NCBI GenBank assembly: GCA_000934665.2
Contig: JYFJ02001845.1
Span: 1-64,000 of the forward strand
Length of the DNA: 64,000 bases
Direction of reading: 5' to 3'
DNA from: Catajapyx aquilonaris
Taxonomy: Eukaryota
The translations under genes were made by a program, and so were the position numbers. The stretch's first letter is position 1. Every line of letters begins with the position of its first letter. Shown here in pieces: positions 1 to 10,642 of the stretch. The notes beneath the pieces were generated by a model. The model did not search any database. It was not told the DNA's origin and saw only the letters and a list, made by a program, of their open reading frames with translations.

Positions 1-3000
1 TAATTATTTGGCGCTCTCACTTGAAGTTTCCCCAACACTAATAACGCACCTAAATCCCCCTAATTTATTTACACCGCACTGAAACACCGAATATTACTTT
101 GTCGATTTGAAAATCGTGTGACACACTGACATTTCTATCTACTTGTATATTGACTTTTTCAATGAATAATGTCAATTCTCATACAAGGGATCTTCCAGCT
201 GTTACAAATGTACACATAACTGAGAAAGGTTTTTGTGTCAAGTACAGGTATTCACAGCAGATAATTCGATATTTTTGTTAATGTGAAACAACAGGCTGTT
301 ATGTTCAAGAACGCCCTTTAAAAGAACAACCTGCTGAAACCAAGCCCCCCCCCCCTCTCTCTCTCCACCTCCAGACCTCTCCCACCCTACAACCGAGTCT
401 GCGGCGGGCACATCCTTCCCAGGGGCTATTTACTGCCCACAACTGATTTCAGGGTTGAAACCGCAATCACTAAGCCCATCCCACACCTGGCAAGCACCCA
501 ACAAAAAGGGCAGAGGGGCCCCCGCAGGCGCCGTGCAATAACTCTGCAAGTCAGTGTGTTGCTACAAGGCGAAAACCCACAATATAAACCCGGAAAATAG
601 GATGGGGCCTCACTACTAGTACTCCAATCCTAGCACAAGGGGGTCGGAATAGAGAGTGTATTACTATGGTGAAGGCTGAGTCTCCACCCACTGCACACTA
701 TTCGTCCCAGGAGCATTACGTGCCCACATTCCATTTCCAAAAATTGAAAAAGGACGGGGAGGCCTTTTACTTGGCCAGACTTTGCATCCGTTTGGGGGGG
801 CCACCCTTGATTTACGGGAAGGCCTCTTGTTTGCCGGATGGACTGTAAACAAGACGCCATCCAATCACCAATGCTAATAAATCAGTGCGAGTGGTGATTC
901 TGCCCCATGTCTAATTCGAAACTTCCCGGCATGAGATGGGCAAACTCACTGTTTGACAAACAACTGGGCAAATACTTCAGTCGTTGCTACTGAAGAAAAT
1001 AATTATTGGAGATATACTGATGTGTGATTATTAATTTTCAAATGTGCGACTTTTGGCCACCAAATCAGCTGGTCTGGTCCAAATGAACATGTTTAGCGGG
1101 TCATTTACATATCATACACAGTGGGGTTACAATATTATATGTATGGTCTGGTTATTTATTAATTGATTCAACATAGCTTTTGAAATGCAAATTATTATGT
1201 GGCGCAGCACATCTGGTGTGTGCATCAGTTAAGTTGGTAAAAGCAAGAGGGCACTCGATGACAATTATTGTCAAACTGATGTGCGGGTAATTGAACATAT
1301 TCGTAGCTGTGTACAGTGTATCATGAGTGGTGTTTCCGCTACATTTGGCTACTCAATATGCTCTATTTCAGGCCACAACCTGGTCCAAACTGAGGCCACA
1401 CCTGTAGATGCTACATACTTGTAACTAGTGTGAAGAGTTCATGTCATAGTCGTACAAAATGAGGAATTAACGACTGATTAATTTCAGGCCCATAAATGTT
1501 CGTCAATTCATACCAAGTTACTTGCAATCGCAAATGGGTGAAATGGCCGCATTTTGTCCAACTGAAATCTGCCCATTTACAGTACAGGAACATAAAAAGG
1601 GCCAATTCGATGCTGTATTGCACGAAATATTTCCATCCGACATGCCATTTGTATATTGTCGAACTAGCCTAAAACTGAGGCCCAAACTGCGCACTCACAT
1701 CGAAAATAAATTTCATTAGTAACACACCAATGCTTTATTTGAAGGGAACGAGTGCGTTACACCCATGTCAGTGGAAATAGGAATTTTTGTGTACAAAATT
1801 TGCAGTCAGTTCATTATTTTTACTGTGATTAAAGCCTACAATATTCACTGGTTAACATACTTTAACACTTTAACATCTATGCCAATACACGATTTGATTC
1901 GTCCTATTGTGTCCAACTCTGTTGAAAGTGCAAGTTTAAATAAAGGGATGCAACAAACAGCAACAAAAAAAATTCGGTCGGTTAACTAAGTAAGCATGTG
2001 GCTTCCGGAAAATCCCATGTTTAAATGCATGGCTCGTCCCACTGGATAGCTTTTTACGTGCCATTAGTTTACAGGATCCGTCAATAGTGAGCAAGATAAT
2101 GGCGACTCTGTGTTTTTCCCCCTCCCCTCCGGCAGGTAGGCCTATGCAGATTTCATTCATTGGTATGATCCGGTGGCGATCGCTATATGACACTTTTGCC
2201 CCAAAAGATAATGCTATCGGTTGTTTTGTAGGGGGGGGGGNGGATGTTATTACCCCTGTGAATTCGCCTGCTTTGTATCGCGTTCGTCCAGAGATTATCT
2301 TCTGCTCTAGCTTCAGGGGAGAAGACAAAAGATGACCCCCTTTAGGCTTTTAGATTAGGCTAATTAGCCTGTTGAATGGCGACCTGGCGGATTGACCTTA
2401 TAATGACACAGCGTCAACTCTTCCGCTTCCGATTTATTCGCACGCGTAACAATAGCGTCCCTCGCACTCGTTACGGAGGAAACGCAGCCCCAGGGAAGAC
2501 ACTCTGTTATCTATTCACACGTGTCGCGATTTCAATAGAAGGCTAGGTCCTATCTTTCACTGCTCTCCCGCAAAAAACTGGGAATCGATTACCACCCCCA
2601 ACCATTCCCAGCACTTGCCGCAAACTGTGGTAATTACAGTAACTGGACTGCCATCAACCTAATGTGTGATTGAACTCCAATTTGTCATATCTGGAGCTGC
2701 TGCTACAGCGTTTGGGCCCCACTGGTTATAAATATTGCAGCCGACAAGGGGCTCAGGCGGCTCCCGGTTTGCAATTTATAAAGAACCAGGCTTCTAGCTA
2801 CCAGGCCCGGGGAAATGAAAATTATGGTTAATTTGTCGTTTGACCCGGATATTTTTCCGGGAAAAGGTTTACACATGCACTGTCAATTACATTACGCCTG
2901 CTCCACATTTCTGTAATTCATCCCTGCACCAACCGTGGAAATGGTAAGTGATTTTTTTTCTCTCACAGGTGTAAAATATAGCAATATATGGTACTAACCT

Positions 3001-4312
3001 GCTAGTTATTAAACAGCTACTTGCAAAATTGCAAAACAAAAATTATTTTCAAGAACTGCACCAACACTTGGAACAAATATGGCATGATGTTACATGCTAA
3101 AAAAAAGGTGGGGAGCCAACGAGCAGAAAAGAAAATCCGGAAAACTAAAACCAGTCCTGACACTTTGGGCGCAAGTCCCGGAGCTGCCATGTCGCTCACT
3201 TGGACGATTATCACCTGAGGCGTGTGTCATGTCGCCTGCCTCGTTACGTGTCTGCTGTATTGCTACTGAAATTATTCTTTTACGCTTCTATTGCAGGATT
3301 TATTTGCCAAGTAAGAATAACAGGAAAACAACGCTCGACTCTGTTCAAGCAGAATTAGGAAACACCCGGATCTAAAGGTTGAACTGAAAAGTTTGCAATA
3401 ATAATTTATGTTCAGTTTTTTCGGACAGTGATTGTAGTCGAATGACAGGATGAGAGCGGAATTTTTAATCTGGCCCAAAAAATTCCGACTTTTATTACTC
3501 AAACATGCAGGTACTGTACTACTATATTCACAATACCATAATGCATTTCCTTAGCCTCGCCTCCTCCTTTTTTCAATATCCTTCAGAAGTGAATCCCCCT
3601 AACGCATTGAGTGAAATCAAATCCTGGACCTTAAGGTCTGTCCATAAATCATGGAATGAAAGCCGCCTCGGATTCCCAAGATGCCATTTCAATGCAGGCA
3701 CAGGGAGGGGGAAACCTTGTGTCATGCTTAAGGGATATTGCCAGAAAGTGAAGAGGGCAAAAGCAATAACCCCTCAGCACGTGACTTCCATAACGGTGGC
3801 AAGGGGCCTCCGTTGGATTCAATTATTGGCATCCACAACTACTGTAGTGGCGAAATTAAATGCCTGTGTTGGAGGAATTCTGCCTCGGATATAGAAGCGT
3901 CACCTGCAACCAATGTTCCTCATACGAATCGGCCTACCCAAGCAGCTTTATAATTTTTTGCAGTGTAAGGGCATCTGTTTCGACTGCCTGCTTGTATAGT
4001 GTGCCATTTAGATATGTTAATAATAATCTGTTAGCTGTTCATATGTATACTGTACATGCGCTACGATTGCGGCGGATGATGATGACCTCAAAATTAGTCA
4101 TAATTTGAATGCAGCGTGTGTCACTTGTCCGCGACACAAACGCACCGATGCCAGCTTCACAGCAGAAATAACCCGCATAATATTAATTTCAAAAACAAAG
4201 AGACGATATGTTAGAGAACACATGTCAAAACCACTGGATGGCTGTCAGCTGTTTATAGAGTTACATTTTGATATTAACATATATATGTGTGTGTACAAAC
4301 ATATATACATAC

Positions 4313-4520
4313 CCACAATTTCCAGGTATCCGACTTGGCTCTTCATGGGGTCTGTGTTAATTTGACACATGTACCAACCCCTGTCGGACTCACGTACGTT
4401 ACGGATGTGTAGGTACCAGGTCCGGTGGTCGCTGTGCGTCAGTCCGATCCTCTGATTACGGGTGATGACATGGCTGTGGATGGTGAGTATGGTCTGGGTG
4501 TCCACCCGCACCCATGCCAC
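4313..4520 (-). CDS. DIP-eta: Coding exon of the same DIP-family gene; C-terminal part of Ig domain 1: VAWVRVDTQTILTIHSHVITRNQRIGLTHSDHRTWYLHIRNVRESDRGWYMCQINTDPMKSQVGYLEIV(V)
   Basis: Lies inside ORF 4245..4592(-). Acceptor ttgtttcag|GTG GCA TGG and donor ATT GTG G|gtatgt. It is 208 nt: 69 codons plus 1 nt (phase 1). It contains the Ig core Trp (VAW), the D-x-G-x-Y-x-C motif (DRGWYMC) and the DIP signature QINTDPMKSQ. It joins in frame to the 10545-10642 exon (YK|VAW). Confidence 0.97.
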
Positions 4521-5591
4521 CTGAAACAAACCAAGCCAAAATCGCATACAATGTTTGCCGCCTATTTGACACCAGGCCGCACATAAAACCATTCAAATAT
4601 TGCGTTCAATTCAATGCGATGCTCAAATACATCATAACCAGTTATTACATTTTTGAGGACACCTAATTATGCCTTCCTACAGGGTGAACCGTAAGGCAGC
4701 GAACTTCACAACAGACTCTGATGAATTTAAGGGCATCCAACTTGTACGGATAGCTATTACGGCATAGAGTACAGCCGGCCGTAAATCACACGCAGCCAAG
4801 ATATTGCACGTAAAGTTTTAAAAGACGTCGATGAATATACTTTCCCCTATTTCTTCTGGCTCTTCGGGGAAAGGGGGTAGGATGGAGAATAAATTCCCCA
4901 AGCTGCATATATCCCAGCAGCGCTTTTCTCCCACCCACCCACCCAACACCCACCCCCGCACCTCACAAATCTCCCTCTCGCAGGCCCCGTCCAAAATCCG
5001 AGTACATTAATTTCCACAAACGTGCTCACACCAGAAATTAATGTAATTACGGAGCAGGTGAAGAGACAAACAGCGAAAGGTTGTTGGGTTCCAGATTGAA
5101 ATTAACAATAAACCTCGGGGCTTTCCGTGACACTAATGGGCGCGGTTATTAATGGGGCAGGGACGGACTCTTTACCTCCCGGCCATTTTGGATGGGCTCA
5201 CTTTGCCCGAGCAAGTTGCCTCTGCCCAAAGAAGGAACCGCACACCACACCACAGGGTACACTAGCTGCTACAAGACTTCAAGAAAACTGACAGGAAAAT
5301 GTGTCAACCCGGATTAGGACGCGGTGTCTCCAACCTTTTAACTGACTGGTTAATGGTAGGCTTATGGCGGGTTGCGTCAACATGAATTAATGCATTCAAG
5401 CTCGTGTCACTCTATTTTCAACGAATTTAATGAAAATTGATTTTAATAACAAAATCATTTTAATCGTGACGAATAGAAGTTGACTGTAATGGTGTTGAAT
5501 GCATTTATTTGTAATAAATTGTGCAATTTCTGAAATGGGATTCAAAACAACATATCCACAATTGTTGGTTAATATTTCAGTTGATATGACT

Positions 5592-5635
5592 AGTTTAAGC
5601 TAGATTTTGTTATATAACAAAATCTAGCTTAAACT
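5592..5635. repeat. Perfect 44-bp palindrome
   Basis: agtttaagctagattttgtta-ta-taacaaaatctagcttaaact equals its own reverse complement. Confidence 0.95.
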
Positions 5636-6597
5636 GCTTGAGTAGCTATTAGAGAAACTGACCACAAAGAATCAAAACTTGCTGCCATTTTCGTTGCTAG
5701 CCTAATATGATCTAATGCGTAACAAGTACATTATAATTGAGATTCTTCAAGGTATTACCGCCGCTTGTCACTTTATACGCCATAATCCACAAAGGTTTAA
5801 AATAGAGCTGCAGAAATAAATACACTGCAATGCGCTGCAAGGAATATGAACTATTAATAATGTGCAATGCAGGATGACAGGTGCCAGCCGATCCTTACCG
5901 CAAGATGAAGTAAATGACACATTTAGAAATTCTGCAGCATCCCAAGGCTTACATATTGCATAGTTACACGAAACATTTTAGTCCAAACAGCCGCGTATTT
6001 AAAATTTCTGTGGCTCATGTGGTTTAAACCCAAACATATATTTATCCAACAATTCCGATGCCATCCTCCTCAACAGTCCCACAAATCGCCGCACGCATTG
6101 CCCTGAAAAACCATCCGAAAAAGTTTTCCTCCGCATACTAAGTGACCGCCGACCCGTAGCGCAATTCCCAAATAGCAAGGGGAGGGAGGGGGGGACCTAG
6201 CAACTTGAGCACGGTTGAAGTGACGAAAAGGGGCAACCGCAGTGTCTATAAACGTCGGGTTTTGGAACAAGCCGCAAGCCTGCACCAGGACAGCCCCCGA
6301 CGCCACAGACTCACATACCCTCAGGGCTCCCTAACTGCATCCCGAGTAGAGCCAGAGAGTGCACCAAAGCTCCTGATTATTACCCTGACTAGCTGACAAG
6401 CTGGAATTCCTGATTGGGGGAGAGAGACCCCCAACCCTTCGTCTCCTAACTCTTACCCTAGTTCTCCGCAGTGACAGCAGACATTTCAGGAAGTGTCAAG
6501 TGTCATCAAGATTGTGACTAATACTGTAATTAGTGGGTTTTGACGCCAACGGTTAAAATTAATTTTAAAATAATTGAACCAGAAAATTTATCTCTAA

Positions 6598-6764
6598 CAG
6601 TAGCAGACCAGAAGCTCAAAATAGCCTCCAAGGCCTGTCTTGGAGGATATTTTGAACATTTAGGATATTTATTGAAGCTGTTTAATGTAGCAGACCTGAA
6701 ACTGAAAATAGCCTCCAAGACAGGCCTCTCTTAAAGGCTAGTTTGAGCTTCATGTCTGCTGCCG
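6598..6764. mobile_element. MITE-like element (167 bp) with 30-bp imperfect TIRs and internal TIR-like copies; possibly Tc1/mariner-derived
   Basis: Left end cagtagcagaccagaagctcaaaatagcct matches the reverse complement of the right end (cggcagcagacatgaagctcaaactagcct) at 25/30 positions. TA follows the right end; the left flank reads AA. Internal inverted pair at 6632-6653 and 6705-6726. Confidence 0.65.
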
Positions 6765-8199
6765 TACTCATTTCATGATTACTGACAGACTTAACTCCAC
6801 TGAGCAGGCGAAGAAAATGAATATTTCAGGCTTTCTGGTGTCGGCACAGAACCAGTGCCATTTCCGCTCGCTAACTTTTTGAAAGTGTTTCCCAGGCCCG
6901 AAGAGAAGTCTCCTCCTTATTTTCTCCAAGCCAACATGAAATAATCCCTTCATCTGATATTAGAGGGAGGGTCACGTAGCTCCTTTTCGTTCCCTCCGAC
7001 TCTGTCAACGACATGGACCTTCCCTCGTAAATCGCCCCAAATGGCACCCCAGGATTTCTTACTTCGTTTTCCATATAACTTTATAGAGTTTCCGCCGACT
7101 TGCAGACTTACATCACGGGGGCCAAATATGAAGTTTAGGAGCAGCTATTTAGTGTCCTGGCGCCTCCAGCTAAAATAGGAAGTGCAGCACTACCGAGGTA
7201 TATGCCGCTGGCTGAAGGACCGAGTTAGCTTCTGTCACCCACGGGAAATTGGCCCAATTTTCTCCTCCTTAAACACTGTTAGGTTATAATTTGAATGTAT
7301 TAACGCCCGACCTACATTTAAGAGCAACTGTCTTAAGAGCGATAGATTGAAAGGCACGTTTCATATATTTCATCAGTTTTTTCCACTGGCACTACCGGTA
7401 TAACGAATGGTTGTCATTAGCACGTGCTAGTTGACACTCCACTTCTTCCCGTAATCTAAAAATTATGCACCAGCATATTGATCCACGGGGTGCAGAACCT
7501 TGTAATAATCGACACACAACCAGCTATGGGTGACCTGCAACGTGTACAGCAATAGGGACATGATGAACCTGTTCGTTATGCGGATCAAACGCTTTGAAAC
7601 TCTTGCACAGTTAAAAATATACTCGAAAATATATGTGAAGCTGCAATAAGCACGTGGTACTTCCGCAGCCTCGTTACTGGCTGAGTTGACCTCTTGGCCT
7701 GAGGAAGGACTTTTAAAAAATAGTTGGGGGTACTATTCCGGGAGAGGGCTCACGGTCATTAGTTCCCGGGCGCATCTGTTGGAAGCCAACTCCATTCCAG
7801 CCATCTCATTATTATTCCGGGCCAAAGGTTGCGGTGCTTTTCTGCCTATCCTTTGATTAGGTTGTGATCAGACCTTCTTCTCACGGATGCGTTTTGCCAC
7901 ATTATATCCCAATTTCTAGGCCGCCTAGAACTCGTTTCCTACCCCCCCGAAGGTGCTTGCAGTGGGCAGGGGGAGGGCTCAACAGCTGTTCTATTGTAAC
8001 CGGGGCCTAATTATCTACGCTAGCGTCACAATGAGCTAATTAGTTATTTACAATTAATTACAAAGTTGGTCATGTAATGGCGGCCAAATGATAGTTTAAT
8101 CCATTAACGGATATCGACCGCTTGAGAAAAAAACCGGGACCTGCGGTATTAATATTAATAATCAAACAGCCGCTGTTAATTTCAAATTATGCTTACCAT

Positions 8200-8840
8200 A
8201 TAAAAACGACGTAACAAGTCTCCGAGATTTTTAACAAATTGCATCACAAGTGTTCGCAGTTTCAGAATGGCGAAATGTCCAGAAAATATTAAATCTGACG
8301 AAAAGAATATTCGTAAATTTGTTAAACATTAATAAAAATATTAATTAAGGTTCAAACCACGACAAAATTAAACTTATTGAATTTTAAGCCATATATGTCA
8401 AAATTGTTATTTAATATTAAAACATGACAAAAAATCGTTGGCTTTTAAAATATGTGACGAAGAAAATAATATCCACAATGTTGAAAAAATATATGACAGA
8501 AAACATTCAAAAACATTATATATGAAAGTCTCCATGAGTTCTTAAAATTTTGACATTTTTTCAATATTTTTAATTGCAAATATTTTCAAAATGCCGTAAG
8601 TGTCAAGGTAGGTCTATTTTTTTAAAATGGCGAAACACGACATCCTTATTTCGCCACTGTTAAGATAATGTTAAATGTTCAGACATCGAGACATGAAAAA
8701 TAACGAATATCATAAACATGACACAAAATATCCGTAATTTATATTTTAAAATGAGACAATTAAAATATATCAACATATTATATCGTGCATGAAATATAAT
8801 AGCCTACTGTGTGTCCAGAAATGTTAAATATGACGACCCA
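8200..8840. repeat. AT-rich degenerate tandem-like repeat region
   Basis: Recurring motif resembling AAA(A/T)ATGAC(G/A)AAAA...ATATCC: aaatctgacgaaaagaatattcg, aaacatgacaaaaaatcg, aatatatgacagaaaacattc, aaacatgacacaaaatatccg, aaatatgacgacc. Boundaries are approximate. Confidence 0.5.
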
Positions 8841-10044
8841 ATCTCCAAGCCCTGTTTTTTAAATAGCGGAAAAAAATTGCGGTATTTTTTTATATATACT
8901 GTATAGCTGGCGTTCTTTTCCCCGGCATTCAGACCGATGCTAATTAGGTTGCGGCTCACGTAAGACAGCCACACAACCACATCCTAGTTTGAAACATAAT
9001 TTTGCGGGATCAAAAATGTTCCTAGTAGAAACAGGTCCGGATTTTAAGGCCGCCTTCGGCATGTCAGTGGCGAACCGTGGTCCTCCCCCCCCCTCCCCCG
9101 TCCCCCCAGTATATGGTTTTATAATCAAGCCAGCAGATCCGCAGAGATTACATCGTCAAATATTTACCGCTCAGGTCTGCGACGGAAGAGGAATGTGTTA
9201 TTTTTTTTAACCCCAGCACCTGGGTTTTACATGACGGCGCGTGTATGTGAAATGAGCGGAATATGCTGCGGCTTTTAAACGCCGTTTTCACATCAACAAA
9301 GGGGAGAGTGTTTTGCAAGTGCACTCTTTCCAGAAAATGGAGCCAATTATGCGCTGGCTTGTATTCAAATTGCGCCCCCGTTTTAATGATAATCCCAACG
9401 ATGTGCCATGATAGAGACCTCATTTTTTTCATTTCAAAATGTTTTTTTTTTCTCCGTTCCTATAATAGTTCATTGTCGGCCCCTCCTACTAGTTGCAGGA
9501 CTGGTCCAAGATGTTCCGCCTTGCTTTCCACCTCTGCCGACTGATTTACGGTGCAGAGGTGGTTATGGGAAGAAGGAGAATCCTGAATTAATGAGATTAT
9601 AGTGGGGAAGCGCTGATTTCACTGCTCAAACTTTGCGGTTTGTCTACCTCGAGGAAGTAGTGCTACAGATCCTTCTGGTATATACTCCATTGGGCTCGGA
9701 GGTGGATCAGCGTGTAATGAACTATCACCGCCGTATCTTATAAAAATTGACTAAATATATAGCGGCAACTTGTTCAGTACTAAATTTGTTCCTAATCACG
9801 GAGTATTACTCTTTAGAAAGTAATGTGAAACTTGGGTTTTTTGTAACCGTTTTTTCCGACTCTGAAGGCTCTTCCATGCATTAGAAGAGCCGGAGGAAAA
9901 ATAAATTGATGCAAAGACTATTACTTAAGAAACATATGGGAAGTATTTCCCTGGAGATTAGGAATTTATTCAGTATTTATAGACTGTAATGAGTCAGAGA
10001 GACATAGGTACAGTATCACTAAAGAAGCTTGCCATTTGAAAATT

Positions 10045-10380
10045 GAAGGGTTTGGTGCAAAAACCAGATAAGTCCACGTTTGTTACTTTCGAGAAAACAA
10101 AGAAACTGAATTACTGACTAATTTTTAAAATGTTTGTAATGATAATTTTTTTAAATAGGGGGATACCAAAGTCTGTAGTGAACTGTAATACAAAGCACAC
10201 TTCCTTATGGGTGTAGCCCATATGAAAAAAACAAAAAAAACAAAAAACAAAACAAAAAAAACAATTTCTCAGTGGAGGGTGTGACAGGTCCGAATTTTGA
10301 ACCAAAAGATGCAGAAGGGTCCTAAGATAGCAGAAACACCGATAACTCATTTTCAGCCATGTTTTTGCACCAAACCCTTC
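10045..10380. mobile_element. Non-autonomous DNA transposon (MITE, 336 bp) with perfect 20-bp TIRs and putative AATT target-site duplication
   Basis: aatt|gaagggtttggtgcaaaaac ... gtttttgcaccaaacccttc|aatt. The inverted match is perfect over 10040-10064 and 10361-10385 when flanks are included. The interior is non-coding with an A-rich tract. Confidence 0.85.
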
Positions 10381-10544
10381 AATTTATTCGTTTCAATAAG
10401 TACCGGTAATGTGCTTAAACTCTGTACAGTAAAGGCTGCTGGAACTTATTAAGATTTTGCATCAATCTGATTGAAGATTTGGCACAATCTCAATAATAAT
10501 TATGCGCATCTAGAAAATTTATTAAGGCAAAAAATCATTCTCAC

Positions 10545-10642
10545 CTTGTAAGTCCCCAAATCTTCCACCACGCATATGAGGGTAGCTTCCCGACCCACAG
10601 GTACAGTGACATTGGTGATGGGCTCCCCGAATTTTGGCACAC
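10545..10642 (-). CDS. DIP-eta: Coding exon of a DIP-family (Dpr-interacting protein, IgLON/lachesin-like) gene; N-terminal part of Ig domain 1: (x)VPKFGEPITNVTVPVGREATLICVVEDLGTYK
   Basis: Not in the ORF track; read manually on the minus strand. Acceptor cttttcag|GT GTG CCA AAA TTC and donor TAC AAG|gtgaga. It is 98 nt: 2 nt completing a phase-1 codon plus 32 codons. The peptide has the PKF...NVTVPVGREA.L.C.V.DL..YK pattern of DIP Ig1, including the first Ig cysteine and an N-V-T sequon. The paralogue name (eta vs theta/iota) is from recalled similarity and is tentative. Confidence 0.95.

Larger units (their letters stand above)
4521..10544 (-). other. Phase-0 GT-AG intron (6024 bp) splitting Ig1 of the DIP gene
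   Basis: Begins gtgaga and ends ttgtttcag on the minus strand; removing it gives a contiguous Ig domain. Confidence 0.92.

Noticed and set aside
2150..2180. Minus-strand S-P-P-D as the possible next DIP exon
   Set aside because: No acceptor AG in the right position, an in-frame stop follows within a few codons, and there is no Ig2 similarity.
2944..2968. Plus-strand GTAAGT...polypyrimidine-CAG mini-intron
   Set aside because: At 25 nt it is too short for a normal spliceosomal intron, and there is no flanking coding signal.
4245..4592. Full 115-aa ORF as a single-exon gene
   Set aside because: Only 4313-4520 resembles DIP and it is bounded by splice sites; the flanking residues are intron read-through.
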